DNA of 32,000 nt from Alkalinema sp. FACHB-956 (GCF_014697025.1 NZ_JACJRC010000019.1:69081-101080); one strand, 5' to 3'. Positions 1 to 9,343 are shown, counted from the first letter of the stretch. Numbers and translations are program-made. Notes: a model not told the origin generated them from the letters alone.

Positions 1-139
1 GTTTCCCTGGCCCTTGTCCTGTCCCGAGCAAAATCGCCAATAATTCCGCCGTCGCCAATGTTTGGGAACCATAGGTCATCAAGCGCTCCCGAGGGCGCTC
101 CGTGGCGGGCATGTCAGTGATTCGAAGGGAATAAGTCAT
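1..139 (-). CDS. radC: RadC-family (JAB/MPN) protein, first 46 codons only; the gene runs off the left edge
   Basis: A reverse-strand ATG at 139-137 opens [46 protein letters not shown]. This matches the conserved RadC N-terminus (ERPRERL ... [10 protein letters not shown]). It is absent from the ORF track because the window edge truncates it. Confidence 0.6.
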   Translation of the reverse strand, partial: MTYSLRITDMPATERPRERLMTYGSQTLATAELLAILLGTGQGPGK

Positions 140-250
140 GGAGATGCAGGTCGATCGCGCTTCCCTTTAGTAATCCCCAAGCGATTTTAGGTATATCAGA
201 ATTGGGCAGAGAAAAAGCTGAGCAGACTCAGTTATTCTGGCTAACTTCGT

Positions 251-320
251 GGTGTAATCAAGTCAGGGGTGTAATCAAGTCAGGAGCGGAATCACCAGCT
301 CAGGAATGTAATCAATCATT
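251..320. repeat. 17-20 bp direct repeats in the radC / DUF2064 divergent intergenic region
   Basis: GGTGTAATCAAGTCAGG occurs perfectly at 251-267 and 268-284. Two degenerate copies follow (..GGAATCACCAGCTCAGG.., ..AATGTAATCAATCATTGG..). Confidence 0.75.
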
Positions 321-331
321 GGGCAACCGGT

Positions 332-1012
332 TTGGAGGAATGGCAGTTGGAAAGTCGGCGGGGCCGTTTGGTGGTGTTTACGAAGTATCCGACAGCGGGA
401 ATGGTCAAAACTCGATTGATTCCAGCCCTGGGTGCAGAGGGAGCCGCCCAATTACATCGGCGATTGGCGGAATACACGATCGCTCAAGCTGCGGATTTTC
501 TTCAGAGCCGGTCGGCAAGGGAGCAGGCGCTGGATATTAATGTAGAAATTCGGTTTGCGGGGGCCGATCAGCCAGCGATGGCTGATTGGTTGGGGACGGA
601 ATACACCTATGTGCACCAAGGGGAGGGTGATTTGGGCGATCGGATGGCGCGATCGATCTCCGATGGTTTTGCTCAGGGTTATTCAGCCGTGATTCTGATT
701 GGAACCGATTGCCCTGAGGTGACGCCAGATCTGTTATCAGAGGCATTTTCTCATCTATCAACATCAGATATGGTAATTGGCCCTGCTCTGGATGGTGGCT
801 ATTATCTCATTGGAGTTTGCAATAATCCAGGAATTGAATTCTCAAAGTTATTTGAAAATATTCACTGGAGTACCCATGAGGTGTTAGCTAAAACGTTAAA
901 TAATGCAAATAGTTTATCGTTAAAAATCAAACAGTTAAAAGTTCTTTCTGACATTGACACACCTGAGGATTTAAAAAATCTTGATTTATACCAATTCAAC
1001 TCAAATATGTGA
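332..1012 (+). CDS. DUF2064 / TIGR04282-type glycosyltransferase-fold protein
   Basis: 226-aa ORF with RLVVFTKYPTAGMVKTRLIPALG, LIGTDCPE and DGGYYLIG, which I recognise as DUF2064-family motifs. The start is uncertain: TTG at 332, or alternative TTG/GTG codons at 367-375. The overlapping ORF 202-540 is discounted. Confidence 0.7.
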   Translation: MEEWQLESRRGRLVVFTKYPTAGMVKTRLIPALGAEGAAQLHRRLAEYTIAQAADFLQSRSAREQALDINVEIRFAGADQPAMADWLGTEYTYVHQGEGDLGDRMARSISDGFAQGYSAVILIGTDCPEVTPDLLSEAFSHLSTSDMVIGPALDGGYYLIGVCNNPGIEFSKLFENIHWSTHEVLAKTLNNANSLSLKIKQLKVLSDIDTPEDLKNLDLYQFNSNM

Positions 1013-1152
1013 TTTTTCAAGAAAATATCTATGAAATGTATCTGCATTTTTACTTGCAAACTGGCACGCTCACAAATTCTTGATGAACTTCACCAGTCAC
1101 CGATCGTACAGTCATCGATCTTAACTTTGTTACGTGACCTGGTTTCATGACT

Positions 1153-1764
1153 TCAAATTTCATCCAACGTCACAATTGCATTATATTCCTCAGAATAGAT
1201 ATACTCACCAGCCTCCAACCCATTGGCAAACTGTTCCAAAAAATCAGTAAAACTGTTAGCCAATAACCTTCGATCGGCATCATCATGCCACATAGTAATG
1301 ATCTGACCCATCGTCCCTTGAGGGCCAGGGGCTAAGTCCAGGCATTGATGGTTACCGCCACCCGGATCAGAAGTCAAGGGAATCCATTTAGGATGCCACC
1401 AATCCTTGCGAAAGATTTGGCCATCGCCGTCATTTTCAATATCATCGATCGCGCCATCCTCTAAGACTTCATTCCAACTCGTCCACTCCTCCTGAATGCG
1501 TTCGATCGAATGCCATTCCCAACCTGCAAAAATCCAGGGCGCTTGACTATCTTGGCCATTGTGCCGCAAGTAGCTATCTCTGACATCGTCAGGCAATCGA
1601 ATATTTAATGCCTGCTCTAACGCTATAATCGCTTCCTCAGTCGCCGGTGGATTTAGGCCCTCCCAGGCCGAGGGGATATTCTCCTGTAAGCAATCTTCAA
1701 TTCGTTGCCAAATACGATGTAAAACTTGATTCATCATCCTTTCTAAGCAATTTGATTTTTCCAA
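1153..1764 (-). CDS. SMI1/KNR4 (SUKH-1) family protein, the class of immunity proteins in polymorphic-toxin systems
   Basis: 203-aa ORF. It has the typical SMI1/KNR4 N-terminal pattern (AIIALEQALNIRLPDDVRDSYLRHNG) and a W/D-rich beta region (WIPLTSDPGGGNHQCLD). Confidence 0.75.
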   Translation of the reverse strand: MEKSNCLERMMNQVLHRIWQRIEDCLQENIPSAWEGLNPPATEEAIIALEQALNIRLPDDVRDSYLRHNGQDSQAPWIFAGWEWHSIERIQEEWTSWNEVLEDGAIDDIENDGDGQIFRKDWWHPKWIPLTSDPGGGNHQCLDLAPGPQGTMGQIITMWHDDADRRLLANSFTDFLEQFANGLEAGEYIYSEEYNAIVTLDEI

Positions 1765-1911
1765 GTATTAGGGGCAGATTACTAGGCAGCCGCTTCTAGC
1801 CCAGAATATGTTTGAGTCCACTGGGGCATTCCCCGCTAGAGTACCCCAAGGAAGCCAGTCGATCGCTAACGGATGGACTGGTTACACTGACTTGAAGTGA
1901 ATGGCTGGGAT

Positions 1912-2433
1912 TTAATCAAATGCAAGGTAGACACAACTGGTCAAACGTAAAACAGCTTCTTGCTGGAAGTTACGCTTATACGCTTGAGTAATTTCTACGA
2001 TCGCTTGCTGTTTATCGGCGCTATTGTCGTGTAGGAGCAGCAGCACTTTACTCGGTTCGCGGATCAGCTTGCCCGATCGATCGAGATATTGCCCAAACCC
2101 GTCTACCACGGTCAGTCCCTCCCGAAACCAAGGGGGTTACCGTCGTTTGTAGAAATTGATGCCAGTCGTTTGTAGAAATTGATGCTAGTCGATTAATGAA
2201 ATTCGATCGCCCTTGGGTTTAGATAATCCAAAAAACAATTCTGTTTTGGTCATTTGTCCTGCTGGACAAGCAACGGATTGGGATGGTGATGATTCAGCTA
2301 GGCTGCGATCGACTATCAAAATGACGCTGCCACTAACACCAATAGTCACTCCCAAAGCAATCCATTGGAGACAAGTCATAGAACATAAAATATTTGATTT
2401 TATGTGCCACAGAGATTTCTTCCTTGACTGCAT
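1912..2433 (-). pseudogene. Decayed DUF3574-family lipoprotein gene: one frame interrupted by two stop codons and a 23-bp tandem duplication
   Basis: ORFs 2185-2433 (..TELFFGLSKPKGDRISLID*) and 1912-2109 (VVDGFGQYLDRSGKLIREPSKVLLLLHD..QQEAVLRLTS) are in the same frame, since 522 nt is 174 codons. Together they reproduce the DUF3574 pattern. The 25 intervening codons read HQFLQTTGINFYKRR*PPWFREGLT, with TAG at 2185-2187 and a TAA near 2137. Confidence 0.65.
2140..2185. repeat. 23-bp tandem duplication inside the DUF3574 pseudogene
   Basis: CCGTCGTTTGTAGAAATTGATGC (2140-2162) is followed by CAGTCGTTTGTAGAAATTGATGC (2163-2185), a 22/23 match. Confidence 0.9.
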
Positions 2434-2467
2434 AATGATACCTATAACTACGATCGAGGGATTGTTA

Positions 2468-2566
2468 GGATCCTTATAAAAATAACTTGAGTAACTTCTT
2501 AAATACTGTGCCCGTCATATAAGACTTACAAGGTTTCGATAGTGCAATTTAAATTTGTAAGGATCC
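2468..2566. repeat. ~99-bp AT-rich element bounded by imperfect 22-bp inverted repeats (MITE-like, or a long hairpin downstream of mutL)
   Basis: The left arm is GGATCCTTATAAAAATAACTTG (2468-2489). The reverse complement of the right arm (2545-2566) is GGATCCTTACAAATTTAAATTG, an 18/22 match. Both ends carry the palindrome AAGGATCCTT. Confidence 0.5.
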
Positions 2567-2588
2567 TTAAATCAAAACGCGATGTAAC

Positions 2589-4334
2589 TTATAACCCATG
2601 ACTTTTACCAATCACCCAATGGCGACGGAAAAAACGCGATAATGCTGACTCTTCCAACGAAAGGTAAATGGGACGACCGTGGGGACAAGTGTTGGGATTG
2701 CGAGTTTGTTGCCACTGATTAATTAGCATTTGCATTTCCACTAATGTTAGCGGCATTCCATTGCGAATCGCCGATCGACAGGCGGTGGCCACCTGCGCCG
2801 TTTCTAAGCTACTACCCAAACTCAGTTCCCAGAGGGCATCGGCTAGGTCATCCCGCTCCGACAGCAGCGCCGGGGCATGGCGCACCGCCCAGAGATCTTC
2901 CCCAAATTCCTCCACCATCATTCCAATGTGCTGAAGTTGTTCCACCTGACCGATCGTTAACTGTTTGAGAATCACAGGCGGTTCCAAATCCACCAACTGC
3001 CAGCGATCGCACAATTGTTCAAACAACACCCGCTCATGGGCAATATGCTGTTCAATCAACCAGAGTCCTGTTGCATGTTCTGCCAGAATATACATGTTAT
3101 GCACTTGCGCAATCGCTTTTAAGTTGAGCGTATTGGGCCCTGATTCCGTTAGATTGACGCGACGATTCACCGCATAATTTCCAGCGAGTTCCGCTGCTTT
3201 CATCACGCCTTGAGTTCGACTGGAAGCACTGGTATTTTCACCATCCAGTTTCAACACCTGTTCGATCGCTTGATTCACCCATTGCTGACACTGTTCTAAA
3301 TGCTGTAAATAAATTTCTTCTTTAGCAGGGTGACGGTTCCAATCAATCCACTGTGCGGGGACGTGGAGATGCACTAAGCAAATGGGATAGCGATCGCGGG
3401 GAACCGTTCGCCGTAGACTGGCAAACAAGGTATTTTCTAATTCAGGAGATTTGACAAACCTTCCATTAATGGCAACCTTCATCCAGTCGGGGCGATGGCG
3501 ATGGCAACGATCGGGCAATCCCAGTAGCAGTTCAACGGAAATGACTTTAGGGGACGAATCCGGCAACTCAGGAGCCAACGCTACAGCGTCCCGATCGCCT
3601 ACCGTCAGAGAATCACTAGCGTTATCATCTTCGGGCAACTCGGTAATCTGTTGGCAAGTATAGCGCAGATCCTCTGGACGAATTTGCGGCAGAATTTGCG
3701 GTAGCATCGTTTGAAAATTCTTACCGCTCCACAACGTGATCCATTCCCGATCGCCTTGATACACTTGCCAAGTGATGTGCGGATGGCTAAGGGCAATGTG
3801 ATAAATCGTTTGTTGAATCGTGCGGAGCTGTTGGCTGAGAATCGGTAAACTTTGACGACGAGCGGGCCAATTACCAAATAAATCCTCGATCGTCACGATC
3901 GTTCCCGGAGCGATCGCGATCGCCTCCCCCTGCTGCACCTGCCCCAGCCCATCGTACAGCACCCGATGACCTTGACTGGTGTCTTGATTCGTCTCTGCTG
4001 GGCAACTGAGAATTTCCAAGCGGGACAACTGGGCCAAACTATGGAGCGCCTCCCCCCGAAATCCGAGGGTTTGGATCTGGCCTAAGTCATCCCGATCGTG
4101 AATTTTGCTAGTACTGTGGGGCGCAGCGGCTTGCTGCAAATCCGCCAAGGCCATACCCCGCCCATTGTCCGCCACCCGCACCCGCCATTGTTCCGGCCAG
4201 AGCGTAATCGTAATCCGCGTCGCCCCCGCATCGATGGCATTTTCCGCCAATTCCCGCACCACCGCCGCCAGGGAATCAATCACTTCCCCAGCGGCAATCA
4301 GGTTAATCACATCGGATGGTAACGATCGAATCAC
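2589..4334 (-). CDS. mutL: DNA mismatch repair protein MutL
   Basis: 581-aa ORF with GHKL ATPase motifs (LPSDVINLIAAGEVI, ELAENAIDAGAT, DNGRGM, GFRGEAL) and a MutL C-terminal dimerisation region. Confidence 0.95.
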   Translation of the reverse strand: MIRSLPSDVINLIAAGEVIDSLAAVVRELAENAIDAGATRITITLWPEQWRVRVADNGRGMALADLQQAAAPHSTSKIHDRDDLGQIQTLGFRGEALHSLAQLSRLEILSCPAETNQDTSQGHRVLYDGLGQVQQGEAIAIAPGTIVTIEDLFGNWPARRQSLPILSQQLRTIQQTIYHIALSHPHITWQVYQGDREWITLWSGKNFQTMLPQILPQIRPEDLRYTCQQITELPEDDNASDSLTVGDRDAVALAPELPDSSPKVISVELLLGLPDRCHRHRPDWMKVAINGRFVKSPELENTLFASLRRTVPRDRYPICLVHLHVPAQWIDWNRHPAKEEIYLQHLEQCQQWVNQAIEQVLKLDGENTSASSRTQGVMKAAELAGNYAVNRRVNLTESGPNTLNLKAIAQVHNMYILAEHATGLWLIEQHIAHERVLFEQLCDRWQLVDLEPPVILKQLTIGQVEQLQHIGMMVEEFGEDLWAVRHAPALLSERDDLADALWELSLGSSLETAQVATACRSAIRNGMPLTLVEMQMLINQWQQTRNPNTCPHGRPIYLSLEESALSRFFRRHWVIGKSHGL

Positions 4335-4416
4335 AGCCGAATCACAGCGCCCATATCCCCAGTCTAGAAGGGATTGGCGTTTTTGACTGGTTAATTCGGC
4401 GGGGTTATCCAGCGAA

Positions 4417-5841
4417 CTAATCTGCCAGGTGAGTTTCCACCGCAGCCACCAGGTAAGTCGTCCAGGACTCGACTAGATCCACCGTTTCCGCTTCTACCAT
4501 CACCCGGATCACCGGCTCCGTCCCCGAAGCCCGCACTAAAATCCGACCCCGATCGCCCATGGCCGCCTCAGCTTTAGCGATCGCGGTCTGCACCGGTTCG
4601 CAATCCTGCCAATTTAACCGGCGATCGCGATTTTCCACCCGCACATTGCGCAGCACCTGGGGATAGGTCTGGAAACTGGTGTCGATCAAATCCGCCAAAG
4701 TACCCCCCGATTGCTGGATCAAGCTAGCTAAATGCAAAGCCGTCATCAGTCCATCGCCGCTCACCCCGTAGTGGGGACACAGGATATGGCCGGATTGCTC
4801 CCCGCCCAGCATCGCTCCCGTTTTCACCATTTCCGCATGGACATACTGATCACCCACCGCTGCCCGAATCAACTGGCCACCCAGTTTTTGCCAAGCTCGC
4901 TCAAAGCCTAGGTTGGACATCACCGTTGCCACGATCGTCTGGTCTGGCAATTGCCCCAACGCCATCAGATCCTTGCCCCAGAGGTAGAGAATGTAATCCC
5001 CATCCACCGTGCGCCCCTGGCCATCCACCGCCAACACCCGATCGGCATCCCCATCAAAGGCAAAGCCCACACAAGCTTGATGTTGTTGGACGGCTTCCCG
5101 TAGCGTGGCCAAATGGGTCGAACCGCAATTGACATTAATGCGATTCCCATCCGGCTGTTCATGGAGACAAATGACCTCCGCTCCCAGTTGCCGAAAGGCG
5201 ATCGCGGCGGTTCGAGTGGCAGCGCCCCAGGCCAAATCCAGCACAATTTTCAAGCCTGTCAGAGGATGGTGCGCTTGATTGAGGAGCGGCATTTGGAGAT
5301 CTTGCAGATAGCGATCGACCAGCTCAGGGCGATAGGAATGCTGGCCCCACTGATGCGGCGTTGTTTCTATGTGACATAGCCGCCCCCGCAGCGCTGCTTC
5401 CACGGTTTGCTGCAATTCTGGAGCCAACTTACTGCCGGAAGCCCCAAAAAACTTAATGCCATTGTCCTCCGGGGGATTGTGGCTGGCGGAAATCATCACC
5501 CCACCGATCGCCCCGGTGCCCTGGGTCGAGTGAGCCACCACCGGGGTTGGGCACATCCCCAAGTCCCAGACATCCAAGCCCGCTGAAGTTAACCCTGCCG
5601 AGAGCGCCGTCGCTAACATATCACTGGAGTTGCGCGAGTCCCGCCCGAGGACGATCGGGGCATGATCCCCAGCCACATCCCGCAGGACTTGACCGGCCCA
5701 GTAGCCCACCTGCATCGCCAAAGGAGCCGTCAGCAGTTCACCCGCCTTGCCGCGAATACCATCGGTTCCAAACAATGCGCCGTCTGGCAAACGCACCATG
5801 CCCCAAGACTGACTTTCCCGCTGATTCAAGGACGCAACCAT
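4417..5841 (-). CDS. glmM: Phosphoglucosamine mutase
   Basis: 474-aa ORF with LFGTDGIRG, the phosphoserine loop [22 protein letters not shown] and GGEQSGH. The true start may be the internal Met (MVRLPDG..). Confidence 0.95.
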   Translation of the reverse strand: MVASLNQRESQSWGMVRLPDGALFGTDGIRGKAGELLTAPLAMQVGYWAGQVLRDVAGDHAPIVLGRDSRNSSDMLATALSAGLTSAGLDVWDLGMCPTPVVAHSTQGTGAIGGVMISASHNPPEDNGIKFFGASGSKLAPELQQTVEAALRGRLCHIETTPHQWGQHSYRPELVDRYLQDLQMPLLNQAHHPLTGLKIVLDLAWGAATRTAAIAFRQLGAEVICLHEQPDGNRINVNCGSTHLATLREAVQQHQACVGFAFDGDADRVLAVDGQGRTVDGDYILYLWGKDLMALGQLPDQTIVATVMSNLGFERAWQKLGGQLIRAAVGDQYVHAEMVKTGAMLGGEQSGHILCPHYGVSGDGLMTALHLASLIQQSGGTLADLIDTSFQTYPQVLRNVRVENRDRRLNWQDCEPVQTAIAKAEAAMGDRGRILVRASGTEPVIRVMVEAETVDLVESWTTYLVAAVETHLAD

Positions 5842-6088
5842 ACTCTTTAACTCCTCACTGATACGGACTCAGAATACAGACCCAGAACTTGTTTAGGCTG
5901 AGATTTTCACTTTGTCAAGCTGATTTGGATTAAGCTTAGGTCGATCGGGGATCAGCTTTTACTCTCTGCACTTTAACTAACACGATTCCATGGCCCACAA
6001 TGACCAATCCTAGTAATTATCATCAAAGCAACGAATTGTGGCGTTTTAGGGGCACGGCTCCGGTGAAAAACCTACTCCCTCGATCGAA

Positions 6089-6117
6089 AACCCCCGGAGA
6101 TGCTATCCCCAGGGGTT
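6089..6117 (-). terminator. Putative intrinsic terminator downstream of CDS 6145-6444
   Basis: AACCCCCGG (6089-6097) pairs with CCAGGGGTT (6109-6117) with one mismatch. A short U-run follows on the minus strand. Confidence 0.4.
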
Positions 6118-6144
6118 ATTGGCTCAGTAAAACAATTTGCTGGT

Positions 6145-6444
6145 CTACACGCCAGCTTCCGCCATCACCGCTTCAAAGACATCCCAAGACAACCCCTGCG
6201 CGATATAACGTGGCGCTTTGGGATTGTAAGGACTTTCCAACCGATCGATCTTGTGAATTCGCGTATCATCCGAAATGATAGGAACATCGGGATCGAAGGC
6301 AGTCGGACACATCAACGAGCTGGAAAACCCTTTAAAGATCGCAATTTGGTCTGGTTGACCATTCAGATCTACGCTGACTAGCAAAACTTCTCCTGGACGC
6401 TTAACTGTGTACTGCTCCAGGCGACGTGCGATAGAAGCTGTCAT
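6145..6444 (-). CDS. Small conserved hypothetical protein (99 aa), family not recognised
   Basis: Clean ORF with host-like codon usage and a downstream hairpin. I recognise no motif. Confidence 0.55.
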   Translation of the reverse strand: MTASIARRLEQYTVKRPGEVLLVSVDLNGQPDQIAIFKGFSSSLMCPTAFDPDVPIISDDTRIHKIDRLESPYNPKAPRYIAQGLSWDVFEAVMAEAGV

Positions 6445-6563
6445 GCCGATTCCTTTCTAGTGTGCCTAAAAATCAATCACAGCGGGAAAGATTCTAATAG
6501 CCCTAAAAACTCAATTTGTGAAGATGCTATGACGCCTTAGCTGAGCTACCCCAATGGGTTGAG

Positions 6564-7169
6564 CTAACCAATCGCCGAGCGTTTCCGCTTGTTAAGTCGA
6601 AAGAAAATAAAATACCCGAGATAAACAACGTAAATCCCTAAACCAATTAAGCCCAGAATACCCAAAAACCATTCCCGTGTGGTGGGATGGAGCAGAGCTT
6701 TGTAGGCGATCGGCGGTTGCAGCCATGCAAGACAGAGAGACTGCCCGACTGAGCCTGCCACAATCGCGTCGCTGGACATGAACGCACATTGTACAACAGG
6801 CAATTGCAAGACTGCACCTACCAGGCAGTAAACCGACACAGCCCATCGCCAAGCCGTAAATCCTAACTTCAAGACATTGTTGGGCTGATCCCGCACTTCA
6901 TCATTCAAATCCACCCAAAACCACAGCGAAATGGGGATCAAAATGCGTGCAAACCAGCCCGAAATGAAGCCTAGAGGGATCACGCCAATGAGTAAATAGG
7001 TACTAATCAGCAAGAGGCTCGCCACTCGCCAATAGATCACCATCAGACGCTGAATCGCATCCGCTTGTTGGATGAATGCCCCAATCAACAAAACTAATGG
7101 AATCACCACTGCAAACAAGACAGCAAGGCGATAGTCCATCCAGATCAGTGAAGTAACCCAAGGTGCCAT
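6564..7169 (-). CDS. Polytopic integral membrane protein (about 6 hydrophobic segments), function unknown
   Basis: 201-aa ORF dominated by long hydrophobic stretches (AVLFAVVIPLVLLIGAF, SLLLISTYLLIGVIPLGFI, FLGILGLIGLGIYVVYLGYFIFF). The overlapping ORF 6592-6852 is discounted. Confidence 0.7.
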   Translation of the reverse strand: MAPWVTSLIWMDYRLAVLFAVVIPLVLLIGAFIQQADAIQRLMVIYWRVASLLLISTYLLIGVIPLGFISGWFARILIPISLWFWVDLNDEVRDQPNNVLKLGFTAWRWAVSVYCLVGAVLQLPVVQCAFMSSDAIVAGSVGQSLCLAWLQPPIAYKALLHPTTREWFLGILGLIGLGIYVVYLGYFIFFRLNKRKRSAIG

Positions 7170-7316
7170 AATCTACCGACGTGATATCAACTCCCTACGA
7201 TAACACCATCCCAAGGCGAGGGAGGGAGCAGGCAAGCAAATTCTGCTGAACGCTTCTAGGCGAGCCTTCAAAATTACTTATCGATCGCTGAACCAAGGGG
7301 CAACCTCGCGACCGAT

Positions 7317-7367
7317 CACAGACCCCTTAGAAACACAGACCCCTTAGAAACACAGACCCCTTAGAAA
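7317..7367. repeat. Perfect 17-bp x3 tandem repeat
   Basis: CACAGACCCCTTAGAAA repeats three times head-to-tail. It lies between the end of cp12 and the start of the membrane-protein gene. Confidence 0.9.
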
Positions 7368-7472
7368 TGATCTATCGATACAATAGACAGCACCCACGGA
7401 TTTAACAAACAAAAATGTAGAACCCATGGGCGCTGCTAAGTTTAGAGGATCTTTTCCGAGGGAACGAGTCCC

Positions 7473-7694
7473 TTAGTCCTCGTAAATCCGGCATTCTGCG
7501 GCTTCCGGATTTTCATCACAGTACTTTTCAAACGTGGTTTGAGGTTTGACTTGGCGCTGGTGAGAAGCTTCAGCTTGCAGTTCTTCAACCGCATCCCAAG
7601 CGGCGGCACATTCTTTGGAATTCGCGCCACTGACATCACAGACCGTGCGAGCATTATCGCGCTCTTGCTCAATTTGTTGTTGAATGTCGCTCAT
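7473..7694 (-). CDS. cp12: CP12, Calvin-cycle GAPDH/PRK regulatory protein
   Basis: The internal ATG at 7694 gives a 73-aa protein, MSDIQQQIEQ... It has two Cys pairs (CDVSGANSKEC and CDENPEAAEC) and the AWDAVEEL core motif. The longer 96-aa ORF start is unlikely. Confidence 0.9.
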   Translation of the reverse strand: MSDIQQQIEQERDNARTVCDVSGANSKECAAAWDAVEELQAEASHQRQVKPQTTFEKYCDENPEAAECRIYED

Positions 7695-8122
7695 AGTTTT
7701 TTCCGTCACTCTTCTATAAAGTTGGCTTCGACAATGGTATTTTCGACGATCGCGGACGATCACCGAGGTAAATCATTGGGAGAGAGTAGGGACAGCAGAA
7801 GGAACTCGCTCCATAGTTGTTCAGCATTCACAGCGGTTAAACTGGGTGATTAAACAAAATCTGTGGAACGCCTTGACTGAACCTGCCCCTATTGTAACTT
7901 GCTTCATTCCCGCAGCAAGGCAAGCCTCGGTTCATGGGGTTGGGTTATCCCCTAGGCTTGAGCATTCTGACCCTAGCTCAACGCCCTTCAGAATGTTTTT
8001 AAAGAACGGTAATCTTCCCCTCAGGAATCGAATTCTCTCCAGCGGTCATGTTAGGGTGGGTACATTCAAGCCCATGGAATCTGCTGAGGGATCTGCTGAG
8101 AGTGGAAACGAATGTTCGCGCT

Positions 8123-9343
8123 ATGAAATGGTCTAGTGCCTTGTCAACTCGCCCTTCACTGGAAGCGGCGATCGCTGAAGTTGTTGAACAAGCCCAAGCC
8201 CAGCTAGGCGTGCCGGCAGATGTCGGTTTCTTGTTTGTTTCATCGGCCTTTACCAGCGAGTACGCTCGGATTTTGCCGCTGCTTCAGCCCCAACTGCCCA
8301 ACGTCCCAGTGATCGGATGCAACGGGAGTGGCATTATTGGCATCAACAGCCGTGGCACGGTGCGGGAAGTGGAAGATGAGGTGGCGATTAGCTTGATCCT
8401 CGGGAGCTTACCAGGAGTCGAGGTTCACCCCTTTTACATCAGCATGGAAACCTTGCCAGACTTGGACAGCGCGCCCAGTGCCTGGGCTGAGTTAGTGGGT
8501 TTACCGGAGGCAGCGCAGCCGCAGTTTGTCCTACTCGCGGATCCGTTTTCGACGGGGATTAACGATTTCTTAGCGGGATTAGACTATGCATTTCCCCAAT
8601 CGCCCAAGGTGGGTGGCATTGCGAGTTCAGGCATTACCAATGGCAGCAGTGGCCTCTTTTGTGTCGATCGCTTCCACCGCAGTGGTCTGGTGGGGATCGC
8701 ACTGACGGGCAATATTGTGATTGATACGATCGTGGCCCAGGGCTGTCGTCCGATCGGTCAGCCCTACTGTGTGGTAGAAAGCGAGCGCAACATTATCCTC
8801 AAAATGGAATCTGAGGCAGAGAATAGCACGATTCAAGGTAGTCCCCTGGAAATGTTGCGGGATTTGATCCAAACCCTCAGTGAGGAAGACAAAGTTTTAG
8901 CGCAGTCGGCCCTGTTTGTGGGGGTGGCGCAAACGGAATTTAAGCAGTGTTTAGAGTCCGGCGACTTTTTGATTCGCAACCTGCTGGGATTTGATCCCCG
9001 TGAGGGCGCATTGGCGATCGGCGATCGGATTCGCCCCGGTCAGCGCATCCAGTTCCATCTACGGGATGCGGCCACCTCGGAAGAAGACCTAGAAACCCTC
9101 CTGCGCAAGTATCAACTCAACGCCATGAACCATTCCAAGGCGCAGGGAGCACTGATGTTTGCCTGTCTGGGACGCGGGGAATCCCTCTACGGTGAGCCGA
9201 ACTTTGATTCTCAACTGTTCAGCCGCTATGTGGACCATGTCCCGATCGGGGGCTTCTTCTGCAACGGCGAAATTGGCCCCGTTGGTACGACCAGCTATCT
9301 GCACGGTTTCACTTCGGTATTCGGAATTTTTCGGGAGAAGTAA
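8123..9343 (+). CDS. FIST-domain (FIST_N/FIST_C) sensory protein
   Basis: The ATG at 8123 opens MKWSSALSTRPSLEAAI.. The C-terminus has FFCNGEIGP, typical of FIST_C. Length is 406 aa. Confidence 0.8.
   Translation: MKWSSALSTRPSLEAAIAEVVEQAQAQLGVPADVGFLFVSSAFTSEYARILPLLQPQLPNVPVIGCNGSGIIGINSRGTVREVEDEVAISLILGSLPGVEVHPFYISMETLPDLDSAPSAWAELVGLPEAAQPQFVLLADPFSTGINDFLAGLDYAFPQSPKVGGIASSGITNGSSGLFCVDRFHRSGLVGIALTGNIVIDTIVAQGCRPIGQPYCVVESERNIILKMESEAENSTIQGSPLEMLRDLIQTLSEEDKVLAQSALFVGVAQTEFKQCLESGDFLIRNLLGFDPREGALAIGDRIRPGQRIQFHLRDAATSEEDLETLLRKYQLNAMNHSKAQGALMFACLGRGESLYGEPNFDSQLFSRYVDHVPIGGFFCNGEIGPVGTTSYLHGFTSVFGIFREK

Noticed and set aside
202-540. 112-aa ORF overlapping the tandem repeats and the DUF2064 gene start
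   Set aside because: It runs through non-coding tandem repeats and overlaps out of frame a family-recognisable CDS. It has a TTG start, no SD and a Gly/Ser-rich composition.
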